This document shows, one piece after another, positions 45,907 through 55,632 of a DNA stretch of 64,000 nucleotides. Origin of the DNA: Candidatus Thalassarchaeum sp. (lineage in GTDB: Archaea; Thermoplasmatota; Poseidoniia; Poseidoniales; Thalassarchaeaceae); contig JADHRW010000002.1 in assembly GCA_016777225.1 (NCBI GenBank), forward strand, positions 1,284 through 65,283, written 5' to 3'. Made by a program: the position numbers and the translations under genes. Under the pieces are notes generated by a model, which ran no database searches, was not told the origin of the DNA, and worked only from the letters and a program-made list of their open reading frames with translations. How positions within the stretch are numbered: the first letter of the stretch is position 1; the number at the start of each line of letters is the position of its first letter.

Positions 45907-48519
45907 TTATTTGAATGAATAACCACAAACTACACACGTAGAGGCCCCTATTTCTGAGTCAGACATACAAATTGGACAACTATTTTCAGGTATCTCTTTT
46001 ATCTCAGGCTCTGTAACTATCTCTTCGTTAATTATCTCTTCAGAGTTATCAGTTGAATCAAGAACCTGTTCTATAGATTCTGATTCCTCATCAAGAGGCG
46101 CTACTATGATCTCTTTGATTTCATTAGATTTTTTTGAAAGAGGAAGTGTAATTAAAGGAGTTTCAGGTACTGATTCGGCCCATTCAGGTACATTTGGTTC
46201 CTCGTCAACCTCTTTTCCGAATGTAGCACCGTGGAAATCTTGAGCATCAGATACTTTGTATTCTGCTTCAGTATCTCCTTGAATCTCATAAACTACTTCG
46301 ATTCTTTCATCTTTTTCAATTCGACCTACAAACCAAGTAACTTTATTGCCATCTCTTGCAGATTCTTTAGTGAAGGAAGCATCTTTTTCACCATTGATAT
46401 TAGATTTTACAGAAGAACTCTCGATTGAAAATGTACCAGGGACAATATCGTGTAATGCTAAATCATCCAGAGCACTATCTGACGTATTATGGAACATTAG
46501 TAAGATTTCATATCTTCCAGGTCCGCCGCCAGGAAACACTTCTTTACCAGTACTAATTTGTCGTCTTCGATGCACTACACGGATTACAGGAGGTCTTTCA
46601 ACTGTTCTTGTTGCTACGGGACCGAAACGTTCCATACTAAAGTCTGAACGAATTGGTGCTGCAAGAATTTTATTCTGTGGAGAAGGGTCAGGAGCGTGTA
46701 ATGGATATCGAATAACCATTGTTTTACCAGGCTTAAGTCCTAGTCTAGAAGAGGTCCCAACAGTAATTCTCAAAGCATGCCCCGGATTATCAGGAGAAAT
46801 CATTTTCTCTTCTATTTGATTACCATTTATCACTTCAATACGGTACTGTTCCTCGCTTAAGTCGGCACCCTCTATTTCTACCTGAATATTTTCAAGTTTA
46901 GGTGGAACAAATATTCCGGGTACATCATCAATTATTCTCATGACATTTATTGTTGCAGAACCGGTGTTTTCAATTGTAGTAGTAACTTCTAAATCAGACG
47001 ATATATATGACTTAATTCTGGATATATCAAATCTTTTGAGAATTGTTGCATCAAGAATAGATAGTTGCTGTTCTGAAACTTGTATAGAACCAGAGGATTT
47101 AACCGAAACCCTTGGAAGAATAGAATATCTGACTTCTTGAGTGAAACTAGGTTGATCCTCAGATTCAACTCTTTTTTCCATTGATTCCCAACTTCCTTCA
47201 GGTGGAATATCTTGTCTGAGGTCGGATACATCTAAGATAGGAGATTCACGACCTGCTAATCTAACAGATGCTCCCGCAAGAGATACCACAAAAGAAGATT
47301 TATTTTCGAATACACACTTGCAATGCCATACACCGGGCCTATCATCTTCTTTGGCATTAACATAAGAAAACTGGCGTCCAGAACTTGAGACATTCTCAAA
47401 ATTAATACGTGAAACTGTAGATTCAGCATTATATTTAACAATAGACTTACCAGCAGGTATTTTCTCTACACCATCAATCAAAATCGTAGGTAAGATAACC
47501 AATTTTCTATTTTCTCCAATAGACATCCTTCCGATTTCCCATATAACAGTAGTTTCTTCTATGCTATATTCAGGTGAGCTTGGAATCTCAAAATTTGAAG
47601 GGAAAGAACGTTTGAGAACGACGTCTGTTAAAGAAACTGGAGAAATATTTTCAATGTCGATAGAGAAAAGTACTTCTTGCGCATTTTTTGAGTATACTAA
47701 AGACATACTAGATTCTTGATCTCTCTCTGGTTCAGTATCAATTTTTTCTTTGATTTCTAACATTCTAGGGCCATTTGAATTGTAAGGGATTGTGGTTTCT
47801 TCAGTCGCATCTAATTCACGAACTGTTACAGTTTTACCGCCTAAATCGGTAGCATCAGTATTAGTAAGTTCAATTTCAATATCCCATGCCCGGTGCTTTT
47901 TACTAGGATTTTTTAATATTAGTTCACCCTCTATTGTTTGTTTTATAGAACTACCATCGGGATTAATCAAAGATTCTTCTACTTCACTAAGGATTGCATG
48001 TAATTTGTCACCAGGAATTACATCAACCTCTGAAGATAAGCGCAGATTTGGAGTCTCTGATACTGAAACGGAAGGTGTATTGAATGATTCGAGAGCATCA
48101 GAAAGATTATTCAGGTTAATTTGTTCATCTTTAACAATAGTTTCTTCCATCTCCCAAATCTCAGAATCATTATTACTCGATTGAACAGGATTTGGGGAAT
48201 CTAAAACCTCTAATTTATCAGAAACTATCGATTCACCAGCGGATGAAGTAGTAGATTCAGTCAGACTAGATAATGATGGAAATTCTAAACCAGGAGGTGG
48301 GGGTGGAATAACCAAACCCGGTGGTAATGGCGGAATATTAGAATTAGGAGTTGCTGAAGAACCATTGATTAAATTATCAATTGTGTCTCTAATATCATCT
48401 AAAGAGTCATCAATTTTATCCTTAAGACTATTCTTTTCATCATCCTCAGGAGGTGGTGGTGGTGGTTGAAATTCAAACCCCGGAGGAGGGGGGGGAGGGG
48501 GCGGTAAATTATCAGACAT
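45907..48519 (-). CDS. Uncharacterised 870-aa protein with no signal peptide or TM segment seen by eye: polyproline N-terminus, about 4-5 DUF11/CARDB-like beta-sandwich repeats, C-terminal Zn ribbon
   Basis: N-terminus MSDNLPPPPPPPPGFEFQPPPPPPEDD, also PPLPPGLVIPPPPPGLEF. Repeat-domain signatures ...IENISPVSLTDVVLKRSFPSNFEI...TTVIWEIGRMSIGENRKL, TIENTGSATINVMRIIDDVPG, LMFHNTSDSALDDLALHDIVPGTF...KVTWFVGRIEKDERIEV. C-terminus CPICMSDSEIGASTCVVCGYSF. No hydrophobic segment of TM length seen. Confidence 0.8.
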   Translation of the reverse strand: MSDNLPPPPPPPPGFEFQPPPPPPEDDEKNSLKDKIDDSLDDIRDTIDNLINGSSATPNSNIPPLPPGLVIPPPPPGLEFPSLSSLTESTTSSAGESIVSDKLEVLDSPNPVQSSNNDSEIWEMEETIVKDEQINLNNLSDALESFNTPSVSVSETPNLRLSSEVDVIPGDKLHAILSEVEESLINPDGSSIKQTIEGELILKNPSKKHRAWDIEIELTNTDATDLGGKTVTVRELDATEETTIPYNSNGPRMLEIKEKIDTEPERDQESSMSLVYSKNAQEVLFSIDIENISPVSLTDVVLKRSFPSNFEIPSSPEYSIEETTVIWEIGRMSIGENRKLVILPTILIDGVEKIPAGKSIVKYNAESTVSRINFENVSSSGRQFSYVNAKEDDRPGVWHCKCVFENKSSFVVSLAGASVRLAGRESPILDVSDLRQDIPPEGSWESMEKRVESEDQPSFTQEVRYSILPRVSVKSSGSIQVSEQQLSILDATILKRFDISRIKSYISSDLEVTTTIENTGSATINVMRIIDDVPGIFVPPKLENIQVEIEGADLSEEQYRIEVINGNQIEEKMISPDNPGHALRITVGTSSRLGLKPGKTMVIRYPLHAPDPSPQNKILAAPIRSDFSMERFGPVATRTVERPPVIRVVHRRRQISTGKEVFPGGGPGRYEILLMFHNTSDSALDDLALHDIVPGTFSIESSSVKSNINGEKDASFTKESARDGNKVTWFVGRIEKDERIEVVYEIQGDTEAEYKVSDAQDFHGATFGKEVDEEPNVPEWAESVPETPLITLPLSKKSNEIKEIIVAPLDEESESIEQVLDSTDNSEEIINEEIVTEPEIKEIPENSCPICMSDSEIGASTCVVCGYSFK

Positions 48520-48599
48520 CCCAAATACACCGTGTAACTTGAACTGAGACGTAGGTTAGATTGGTTTAATCGTTCCTTGTAAGACATGTTCAAACAATT

Positions 48600-49484
48600 A
48601 TGATACGAATGGTTGAAGAATTAACTATGTCAGGGTTAAACATGAGTGCTCAAGACGCGACCGCCCCACCAGTAATTTTCGTAGTAGGGACCGCAGGTGC
48701 TGGAAAGAGTTCGCTTGTCACTGCATTTCAAAGATGGGCACGGTTTCTCGAGGTTGATGCTTTAACTATTAATCTAGATCCTGGAGCGGAAAGAGTACAT
48801 TATGACCCTGAATTTGACGTTAGAGACCTTATTTCACTATCTGATGTGATGTCTGAGTATGACTTAGGCCCAAATGGTGCTCAGATACTTGCTGCCGATT
48901 TAGTAGCTGCACAAGCCGAAGATGTATTTCAAGAGATAGATGGTTTATCTGGAGACATACTAGTTGTTGACACACCAGGGCAAGTTGAATTATTCGCATT
49001 TAGAGAGGCATCAAGTCATTTAGTAGAAGTAATTGGCCAAGGAAGAGCCTGTCTAATATTTTTATTCGACCCAATGTTATCACAAACACCGAGTGGATTT
49101 GTATCACAAATGCTTCTATCTTCAATAGTTCACTTCAGATTAGGTCTACCTACAGCGAATTTCTTATCTAAGTCCGACCTATTAGAACCAGAGGTTCTTG
49201 AAAGGATTATTGAGTGGGGAGAAAATTTGGATGTATTGGAAGCGGCTCTTTATGAAGAATCAGCGGCTCAAAGTTTAGATGCAGCACATTCAGGACAAAG
49301 AGCAGAATTCGCTATCGGACAACTCAGAATGATGCAACATGCGTCCATTCAGCCAGGATTAATACCATTATCCAGTGAAGAAGAAGAGGGATTAGCAGAT
49401 GTATTGACATTTGCCCAGTCTCTCTTTGGTGGCATGGCAGATTCTAGAGATGGTTTCCAAGGGGATATTGAACATGAGTTATGA
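48600..49484 (+). CDS. GPN-loop GTPase
   Basis: VVGTAGAGKSS (P-loop), NLDPGAE, LGPNGA (GPN loop), DTPGQVELF. Confidence 0.85.
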   Translation: MIRMVEELTMSGLNMSAQDATAPPVIFVVGTAGAGKSSLVTAFQRWARFLEVDALTINLDPGAERVHYDPEFDVRDLISLSDVMSEYDLGPNGAQILAADLVAAQAEDVFQEIDGLSGDILVVDTPGQVELFAFREASSHLVEVIGQGRACLIFLFDPMLSQTPSGFVSQMLLSSIVHFRLGLPTANFLSKSDLLEPEVLERIIEWGENLDVLEAALYEESAAQSLDAAHSGQRAEFAIGQLRMMQHASIQPGLIPLSSEEEEGLADVLTFAQSLFGGMADSRDGFQGDIEHEL

Positions 49485-50433
49485 TATAGAAAAAAGAGAT
49501 TTGATGGCTATTGATGATTTTCAAGAAGATCTGCCAGAAATTATCAATTGGGCTATAAACCTGAAGAATGATGAAGATTTTTCTGATAGTTTCAAACCAT
49601 TGGAAGGTATGACTATTGGTTCCATATATGAAAAACCATCTACGAGAACAAGAGTTTCTTTTGAAGTCGGTGTGAATAAATTAGGAGGTCAACCTTTGAC
49701 ACTACTTGCTAATGATATACAGTTAGGTAAAAGTGAGTCTGTTTCAGATACTGCAGCAGTTTTATCGAGATACTTAGATGGAATAACTTACAGATGTTTC
49801 AAACATTCCGATGCACAATTACTAGCCAGTAGTGCCACTATACCAGTGATTAATGCACTTTCGGATATGCATCACCCCTGTCAAGCAGCTGCTGATTTAA
49901 TGGTAATAACTGAAAATAAAAAAGATCTAAATGGTCACATATCATGGGTCGGCGATGGAAATAATGTATTACATGATTTATTATTAGCAGGAGTATCTTT
50001 AGGCCATGATGTGAAGTATGCTACGCCTGAAGGTATGGAACCGAATAGAGAAGTAATTGGAAGAGCCGAGAAGATAGCGAAACAAACTGGTGCAGAAATT
50101 ACCGCAACTAATGACCCAGTAGAAGCAGTCAGTGATGCTGGAGTAATATATACAGATATTTTTGTGTCAATGGGGGAAGAACACATTAAGGATAAATTTG
50201 CAGCTTTTGACGGATTTCAAGTAAATGAAGAACTTGTATCAAATGCTAAAGACAATTATCTGTTTATGCACTGCTTACCAGCACACAGAGGAGAAGAGGT
50301 TACAGATGCCGTAATTGACTCAAAAAATAGTATAGTTTTCGATCAGGCAGAGAATCGAATGTGGGCACAAATGTCGCTACTTACTTACATGTGTAATCCA
50401 ATAGCTTGGGAAGCATATCGCGATTTATATTAA
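49474..50433 (+). CDS. argF: Ornithine carbamoyltransferase
   Basis: STRTRVSFE, SDMHHPCQAAADL, HCLPAHRGEEVT. ATG 49474 (MSYDIEKRDL) is preferred over the longest start at 49411. Confidence 0.85.
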   Translation: MSYDIEKRDLMAIDDFQEDLPEIINWAINLKNDEDFSDSFKPLEGMTIGSIYEKPSTRTRVSFEVGVNKLGGQPLTLLANDIQLGKSESVSDTAAVLSRYLDGITYRCFKHSDAQLLASSATIPVINALSDMHHPCQAAADLMVITENKKDLNGHISWVGDGNNVLHDLLLAGVSLGHDVKYATPEGMEPNREVIGRAEKIAKQTGAEITATNDPVEAVSDAGVIYTDIFVSMGEEHIKDKFAAFDGFQVNEELVSNAKDNYLFMHCLPAHRGEEVTDAVIDSKNSIVFDQAENRMWAQMSLLTYMCNPIAWEAYRDLY

Positions 50434-51327
50434 TGCACTAATGATTAATCCTAAGAGGGAGAATTGCAGGGACCTCTTGATTAATAATTGAGCATTTCTA
50501 TCTTCAGAAAATGCTAATTTTCTTTTGACCTGAAATAAGATTAACAAGCCAGGAGTAATGAGAATCAAATGTTCCAAAGGGAATATTTCAAGTGCAAATG
50601 GTGCAAGAAGAGAAAACATAGTGAATAATAGAATTACCCAAGCAATAAGTCTTGTTTTTTCTATACCAATCCTCATTGCAAGGGTATTTCTACCCTTATC
50701 ACCATCTATATCTTCTATGTCTTTAATAATTTCACGGGCTAAATTATATGTAAAACCAATGGTAAATAGTGAAATTACTCTTGAATTAGTAAAATCGAAT
50801 ACACCTGCCCCACCGAATAAAATCACCATACCTACTGAGAGACTGATTGCAATATTACCTGGAAGTCCCCTATCTTTTAATTTAAGACTGAAGTTACTTG
50901 ATGATTCATAATTAATCAAGAGAAATATGGCCATTAACCAAATTAATATCGATGGTGCCCAATTTTCAAAACCATTTTCGAAATTAGTTGAGATATATCC
51001 AGCTAAAATTAGACTAACGAAAGAAATTAGCATTAGAGAGGAGGTCACTATTTTAGCATGATTAACAGATATTATACCACTAGGCAATGGACGATCTGGT
51101 TTATTTTCTTTATCTATCTCAACATCTAGAATATCATTTAGAGCATTCCAAGAACACATGAAAGCCCAAACAGACAAACCATGTAATACTGTTATTGATG
51201 CAAAATCCCCTTGAGGTATTTCACCTAGAGCTAATAATGACCCGAAGAAAACACCAATTAGTCCAGTTAATGAATTACCGAATCTGAATAAAGTAAACCA
51301 TGAACCAATAGTAGACTGGTCGCTCAT
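50425..51327 (-). CDS. UbiA-family prenyltransferase (digeranylgeranylglyceryl-phosphate synthase-like)
   Basis: Polytopic protein. First Asp-rich motif NALNDILDVEIDKENKPDRPLPSG; second motif REIIKDIEDIDGD. Confidence 0.8.
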   Translation of the reverse strand: MSDQSTIGSWFTLFRFGNSLTGLIGVFFGSLLALGEIPQGDFASITVLHGLSVWAFMCSWNALNDILDVEIDKENKPDRPLPSGIISVNHAKIVTSSLMLISFVSLILAGYISTNFENGFENWAPSILIWLMAIFLLINYESSSNFSLKLKDRGLPGNIAISLSVGMVILFGGAGVFDFTNSRVISLFTIGFTYNLAREIIKDIEDIDGDKGRNTLAMRIGIEKTRLIAWVILLFTMFSLLAPFALEIFPLEHLILITPGLLILFQVKRKLAFSEDRNAQLLIKRSLQFSLLGLIISALI

Positions 51328-51374
51328 GTATGTCTTACTAGACCATTAGACTTGACTGCTTCCCCGAAAAGTGC

Positions 51375-51623
51375 TCACACTATCGCAATTTTGACATGTA
51401 ATGACCAAATACAAACTGTGTAAATACTTCCTCTAAACTGTCCCCTTACATGACCTATTTTTTCAAAACGATTATCTTTGGCTAAAATATTACCAACTTG
51501 GTTCATTGTAGCTCCCCACTTGAAACGAGTATTGAGATGATCGAATATTTCTACAGTATTAGCGGTTTCATTTTTTTGAAGATAGATTTCAACTTCATTC
51601 CTAAGTCTACTAGTTCTTGACAT
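51375..51623 (-). CDS. Small hypothetical protein, winged-helix-like
   Basis: 82 aa from ATG 51623, which overlaps the upstream stop (TGATG). The helix-turn-helix-wing pattern (ANTVEIFDHL...ATMNQVGNILAK...FEKIGHVRGQFRGSIY) is judged by eye only. Confidence 0.45.
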   Translation of the reverse strand: MSRTSRLRNEVEIYLQKNETANTVEIFDHLNTRFKWGATMNQVGNILAKDNRFEKIGHVRGQFRGSIYTVCIWSLHVKIAIV

Positions 51624-51970
51624 CAAGCCAACTCCATTAGTTCGGATTTCGAATTAATATATCTAGAAACTAATCCATCCCATCCAGAAGAACTGATTTC
51701 AATGTTCTTTGATTTTTGAGATAGTGGCTCCCAAGAATCTGAGTTAATGTATTCATTAGAGTTCACTAGAGCAATATGAGTTGCTCTTTGGCTCTTAGAT
51801 TCTGTTTTATTAAGACTTGAAAAAGATACTATTCTACATGGTTCAGGTCTTTTCCTGTAAATTGTTACAGCTTGCGTGTTAAATTCTAGGCTCATGTTTT
51901 GTGGTTTGGTGCTTAGCATATGAACCAACATAAGAGAGGCATAACTAAAAGTGAAAGTGTACATAATCAA
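51623..51970 (-). CDS. Hypothetical protein
   Basis: 115-aa ORF (TTG at 51970, ATG at 51964; internal Met starts are possible). No motif recognised. Confidence 0.4.
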   Translation of the reverse strand: MIMYTFTFSYASLMLVHMLSTKPQNMSLEFNTQAVTIYRKRPEPCRIVSFSSLNKTESKSQRATHIALVNSNEYINSDSWEPLSQKSKNIEISSSGWDGLVSRYINSKSELMELA

Positions 51971-52024
51971 TTATGCGGCTCAAGCCACTCTTTTCTTAAA
52001 TGAAAGTAAACTCGAAGTGATAAG

Positions 52025-52100
52025 GCTCGTGTAGTGTAGTGGTCCATCATGAAGCCCTCTCGAGGCTTCGACCCGGGTTCAAATCCCGGCACGAGCACCA
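52025..52100 (+). tRNA. tRNA-Glu(CUC), CCA encoded
   Basis: Acceptor GCTCGTG/CACGAGC, anticodon arm AAGCC-CTCTCGA-GGCTT, T arm CCGGG-TTCAAAT-CCCGG, A-CCA. TTAAATG lies 22 nt upstream. Confidence 0.9.
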
Positions 52101-52165
52101 ATATTCTAGTTATTTAGGGATAATAATAGTCTTAAGCACCCCTTCGTTGGCGTAGTAAGGTCTGA

Positions 52166-53218
52166 ATGCGTGTAGAGCAAGATGTAAAACTAACCTTTGA
52201 AGATGTACTAATACGACCTAAGCGCAGTACGCTGGTTTCTAGGTCAGATGTTTCTCTTGAGAGAAAATTCAAGTTCAGACATTCGTCTACAACTTGGTCT
52301 GGCGTACCTATCGTGTCTGCAAATATGGATACTACTGGATTATTTTCAATAGCCAAAGTTTTACAAGAACATAAAATGATTACATGCCTACAAAAATTCT
52401 ATGCCACCAGAGAATATGCTGCTGCATGGGAAGATGGAATTGATCCCGATTTTATTGCTGCTACTTGTGGATCTACTGAAGAAAGTTTGACGCTTCTAGA
52501 AAGAAAGATGAATACTAATTCTGATATGAAATTTATCTGTATTGATGTTGCCAATGGATATAGAGAAATTTTCTTAGATTTCGTAAAAACAGTTAGAGAA
52601 AAATTTCCAGATAAAATAATCATTGCAGGAAATGTTGCAACCAGAGAAATGACAGAGGCACTCATTCTTGCTGGTGCTGATATAGTTAAGGTTGGAATTG
52701 GACCTGGTTCTGTTTGTACTACGAGAAAGGTTGCAGGAGTTGGTTATCCTCAATTAAGTGCTATTGCTGAATGTGCTGATGCAGCACATGGATTGGCAGG
52801 GCATGTCATGGCAGATGGAGGTTGTTCATCGCCAGGTCATGTCGCAAAGGCTTTTGCAGCAGGAGCCGACTTTGTAATGCTTGGAGGGATGTTTGCAGGC
52901 CATGATGAATCTGGTGGAGAAGTCGTAGAAGGTGCTAATGGAAAGATGTACAAATCATTCTATGGGATGTCATCCTCAAAAGCCATGGAAACTCATTATG
53001 GAGAAGTTGCTAAACATAGAGCACCTGAGGGTAAAGAAGTAAGGGTCCCATATAGAGGTCCTCTCGCAACATCCATACAAGAAATTCTAGGAGGCGTACG
53101 TTCGGCTTGTTCATATGTAGGCGCACGTAGAATCAAAGATCTACCAAAGTGTACTACGTTCATTAGAGTGACACAAACTACTAACGAAGTTTATCAACGA
53201 TTTAATGTTGAAGAATAG
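52166..53218 (+). CDS. guaC: GMP reductase (bacterial GuaC type)
   Basis: [35 protein letters not shown]..., [50 protein letters not shown]. Collinear with E. coli GuaC as recalled from memory. Confidence 0.9.
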   Translation: MRVEQDVKLTFEDVLIRPKRSTLVSRSDVSLERKFKFRHSSTTWSGVPIVSANMDTTGLFSIAKVLQEHKMITCLQKFYATREYAAAWEDGIDPDFIAATCGSTEESLTLLERKMNTNSDMKFICIDVANGYREIFLDFVKTVREKFPDKIIIAGNVATREMTEALILAGADIVKVGIGPGSVCTTRKVAGVGYPQLSAIAECADAAHGLAGHVMADGGCSSPGHVAKAFAAGADFVMLGGMFAGHDESGGEVVEGANGKMYKSFYGMSSSKAMETHYGEVAKHRAPEGKEVRVPYRGPLATSIQEILGGVRSACSYVGARRIKDLPKCTTFIRVTQTTNEVYQRFNVEE

Positions 53219-53222
53219 TCAA

Positions 53223-54485
53223 CTAACAACTATTTACATTAGTCCAAGATTCTTCACTGCTTTCAGATTCATCATATAAGTAATATGATTCATAATTTAC
53301 CTCATTCGTTCCATCGTTAACTGATACAGATAGGGTATAACAACCATAATCACTCTCTGACCAATCTGATTTTGGAATAACTATATTCCCTTCGCCGATC
53401 TCGATATTTGACTCAGAGCCCATCAATGATATTTCAGAACCATAGAGACCTATATTGCTCATAGTACCTCCACCATATTTCCCGCCCATACTATCCCAAG
53501 TAGCTAGCCCGAATACTCCAATAGTAGATGAAGAACCACCTTCTACAGTTACAGTAGGGTATTCAATTGCAACACTATTTCCATCAAGGGAGAGAGTAGT
53601 GGTGAAGGAATAATCAGCATATGGTAAAGCTCCAGGTATTGAATCTAATGAACTTATTCCGATATATGCAGATAATGAAATACCCGAAACACAACGAGAC
53701 ATAGAACCACAATCATCCGAACTCTCAGACATAGATGGCTTAGCTGTAGAATAAACAGAAGTCACATCTCTGGAAAGGACTAAAGAATCGAGAACTATAT
53801 CTTGTATAACAGTATCACCATTATCAATATTAATATCCATTGTATATTCAGAAGATGGTAACGCATTACCTGAATAAAAATCCGAAGTCGCTATCGTGAA
53901 AATACCATATTCACCAAATCCATCGCTTCTATCGATATCAAATTGAATATCATTAGAAAACACTTCGCTACCTGCTCGATAAAGTGTCACTGAAGCATCA
54001 TGACTGCCACTACCTCCATTCTGACGAATCTTTACCTCTAATTCGTCTCCTGAATCATCGAAAGAAACATCTCCTAGAGAAATATCTCCGACTAGTATTG
54101 TAGCCAAAAGTAATGGAATTCCTAGTAAAAGTATGTAGGTACTGAAAATGGCAAAGGATTTTTTCATGTCTAAACCATTGCCACCAGCAAATGCTGGTAA
54201 TCCGAGATTAAGTTTCCACCATACGAAAGCCAAAGATGAAATCATAACTAAAGGTGAAAGAATAGTTAATGAGATAAAATCTAAGTAAACACCAAACCAC
54301 ATTACTACAAAAAATGGAAGAACTGCTCCATATGAAAGAGTAATCGCGACATCCTTTAATGATGACATATCTGAATCTTGAGAATCAGGAATAATTGTTG
54401 CCGCTACCAGTTCATTGGTAGCATCATTATCAGATCTTTGGTTTGTTGCCTTCTGTAAAAGTCCGCCATCGCTCATATGATTCAC
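53223..54485 (-). CDS. Hypothetical membrane protein with large extracytoplasmic C-terminal domain
   Basis: 420-aa ORF. About 4 TM segments in residues 45-135, then a Ser/Gly/Asp-rich soluble region. GTG at 54485, ATG at 54476. Confidence 0.6.
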   Translation of the reverse strand: MNHMSDGGLLQKATNQRSDNDATNELVAATIIPDSQDSDMSSLKDVAITLSYGAVLPFFVVMWFGVYLDFISLTILSPLVMISSLAFVWWKLNLGLPAFAGGNGLDMKKSFAIFSTYILLLGIPLLLATILVGDISLGDVSFDDSGDELEVKIRQNGGSGSHDASVTLYRAGSEVFSNDIQFDIDRSDGFGEYGIFTIATSDFYSGNALPSSEYTMDINIDNGDTVIQDIVLDSLVLSRDVTSVYSTAKPSMSESSDDCGSMSRCVSGISLSAYIGISSLDSIPGALPYADYSFTTTLSLDGNSVAIEYPTVTVEGGSSSTIGVFGLATWDSMGGKYGGGTMSNIGLYGSEISLMGSESNIEIGEGNIVIPKSDWSESDYGCYTLSVSVNDGTNEVNYESYYLYDESESSEESWTNVNSC

Positions 54486-54566
54486 TCCGAATTAGTATGG
54501 TACGACAAATAATGAGTTATCAACCCGTTGATTAATAGGTTCATTAATTGCCATTTAATCTAGTTA

Positions 54567-55511
54567 TTAGAACAAACGGGAATCGAGAACTCTCAATTCA
54601 CCATCATCATCTTCTTCTTCATCATCATATACTCTGAATCTGCCTGCAATCGCTGCTGCTGCGAGAGCTGTGATCATAGTAGTTCCAATCAACTCAAATC
54701 CAGGCAAGTAAACACCACGGATGTAAAGAGTAACTGATTGTATCTGAGAATTAGGTATTCCTTCAGTCCGGACTGAATAATCAGAAGTTGCTTTGAATTG
54801 CAAATTATAGTATTTATCAGTCCATCCTTGATTCTTAGGAGTGCGGATCTGTACCCTTACTTTCTCTGGTGGAGACTTAGATTCAATCTCAACGTTAACA
54901 AGAGGAAGACTGAGTGTGAAACCTTCATCGCTTAATTCATCATAATTCGCAATTTCGATATTCATTCTGTCTAAAGCATTTCCGTCATTGTAAACATCGT
55001 AAGAAACCATATAGTCAACTTTAGGCCTTAGTTGAATGAATGCTAGTTCTGAAGCAACTCTTAATCTACTAAATTGCTTAACTACTGCCAATACCTTGTA
55101 AGTTGTAGGAGTTCCAGGGTATGCCACTCCATTAGCTTGCGATACAGTAGCAGTGATTGAAATCTGATGTTGACCTTCAGCCATCTGTAAATCTCCTCTC
55201 AAAATTACTTGGAAACTGGTTGATAGACCAGATCCGACAGTCAAAGATGCAGGGCCTGCAGAAACTAATGCACCTGACTGGATAACAATATCAACCTTAA
55301 TCTGGTGAGCGGATGGATTTTCTAAATCACAATTTACTATTGATGTACGTGTTGAACCAGGATATGTCTCAATAGGCTGAGGATTTTCGCAGGTTAGAGA
55401 AACATCTGGAGTAACACCTTGAGCATGTACTGCGGCTGCTCCTGCCCACATACTTAGAAAGTAAACTGCCAGTAATATTAGGACAGGTCTAACTGAGCGG
55501 GCAGATGTCAT
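54567..55511 (-). CDS. Secreted two-domain protein with PGF-like C-terminal anchor and acidic tail
   Basis: Signal peptide (VLILLAVYFLSMWAGAAAVHA). C-terminus LPGFELIGTTMITALAAAAIAGRFRVYDDEEEDDDGELRVLDSRLF. Confidence 0.7.
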   Translation of the reverse strand: MTSARSVRPVLILLAVYFLSMWAGAAAVHAQGVTPDVSLTCENPQPIETYPGSTRTSIVNCDLENPSAHQIKVDIVIQSGALVSAGPASLTVGSGLSTSFQVILRGDLQMAEGQHQISITATVSQANGVAYPGTPTTYKVLAVVKQFSRLRVASELAFIQLRPKVDYMVSYDVYNDGNALDRMNIEIANYDELSDEGFTLSLPLVNVEIESKSPPEKVRVQIRTPKNQGWTDKYYNLQFKATSDYSVRTEGIPNSQIQSVTLYIRGVYLPGFELIGTTMITALAAAAIAGRFRVYDDEEEDDDGELRVLDSRLF

Positions 55512-55632
55512 ATCCCCAATCCCGTGTGAAACTCTATTTTAGGGTTCTCACTAATAGAGCATGAAAAACTAAAAACAATAATAGAAGTTTGAAAATGAAG
55601 AATACAGAAAAACGTCTAAAATAAGGAAAATT

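Noticed and set aside
48488-48495. G8 homopolymer (poly-Pro codons CCC CCC) near the 5' end of the 870-aa gene, considered as a slipped-strand phase-variation switch.
   Set aside because: The run is simply the coding consequence of PPPPPPPP. There is no evidence of length heterogeneity from a single sequence, and the mechanism is not established in this lineage.
51375-52100. Possible integrated element using tRNA-Glu as an attachment site.
   Set aside because: There is no integrase, no repeat of the tRNA 3' half and no obvious compositional shift. The small genes lie 5' of the tRNA rather than 3'. It is kept only as a low-interest orphan pair.
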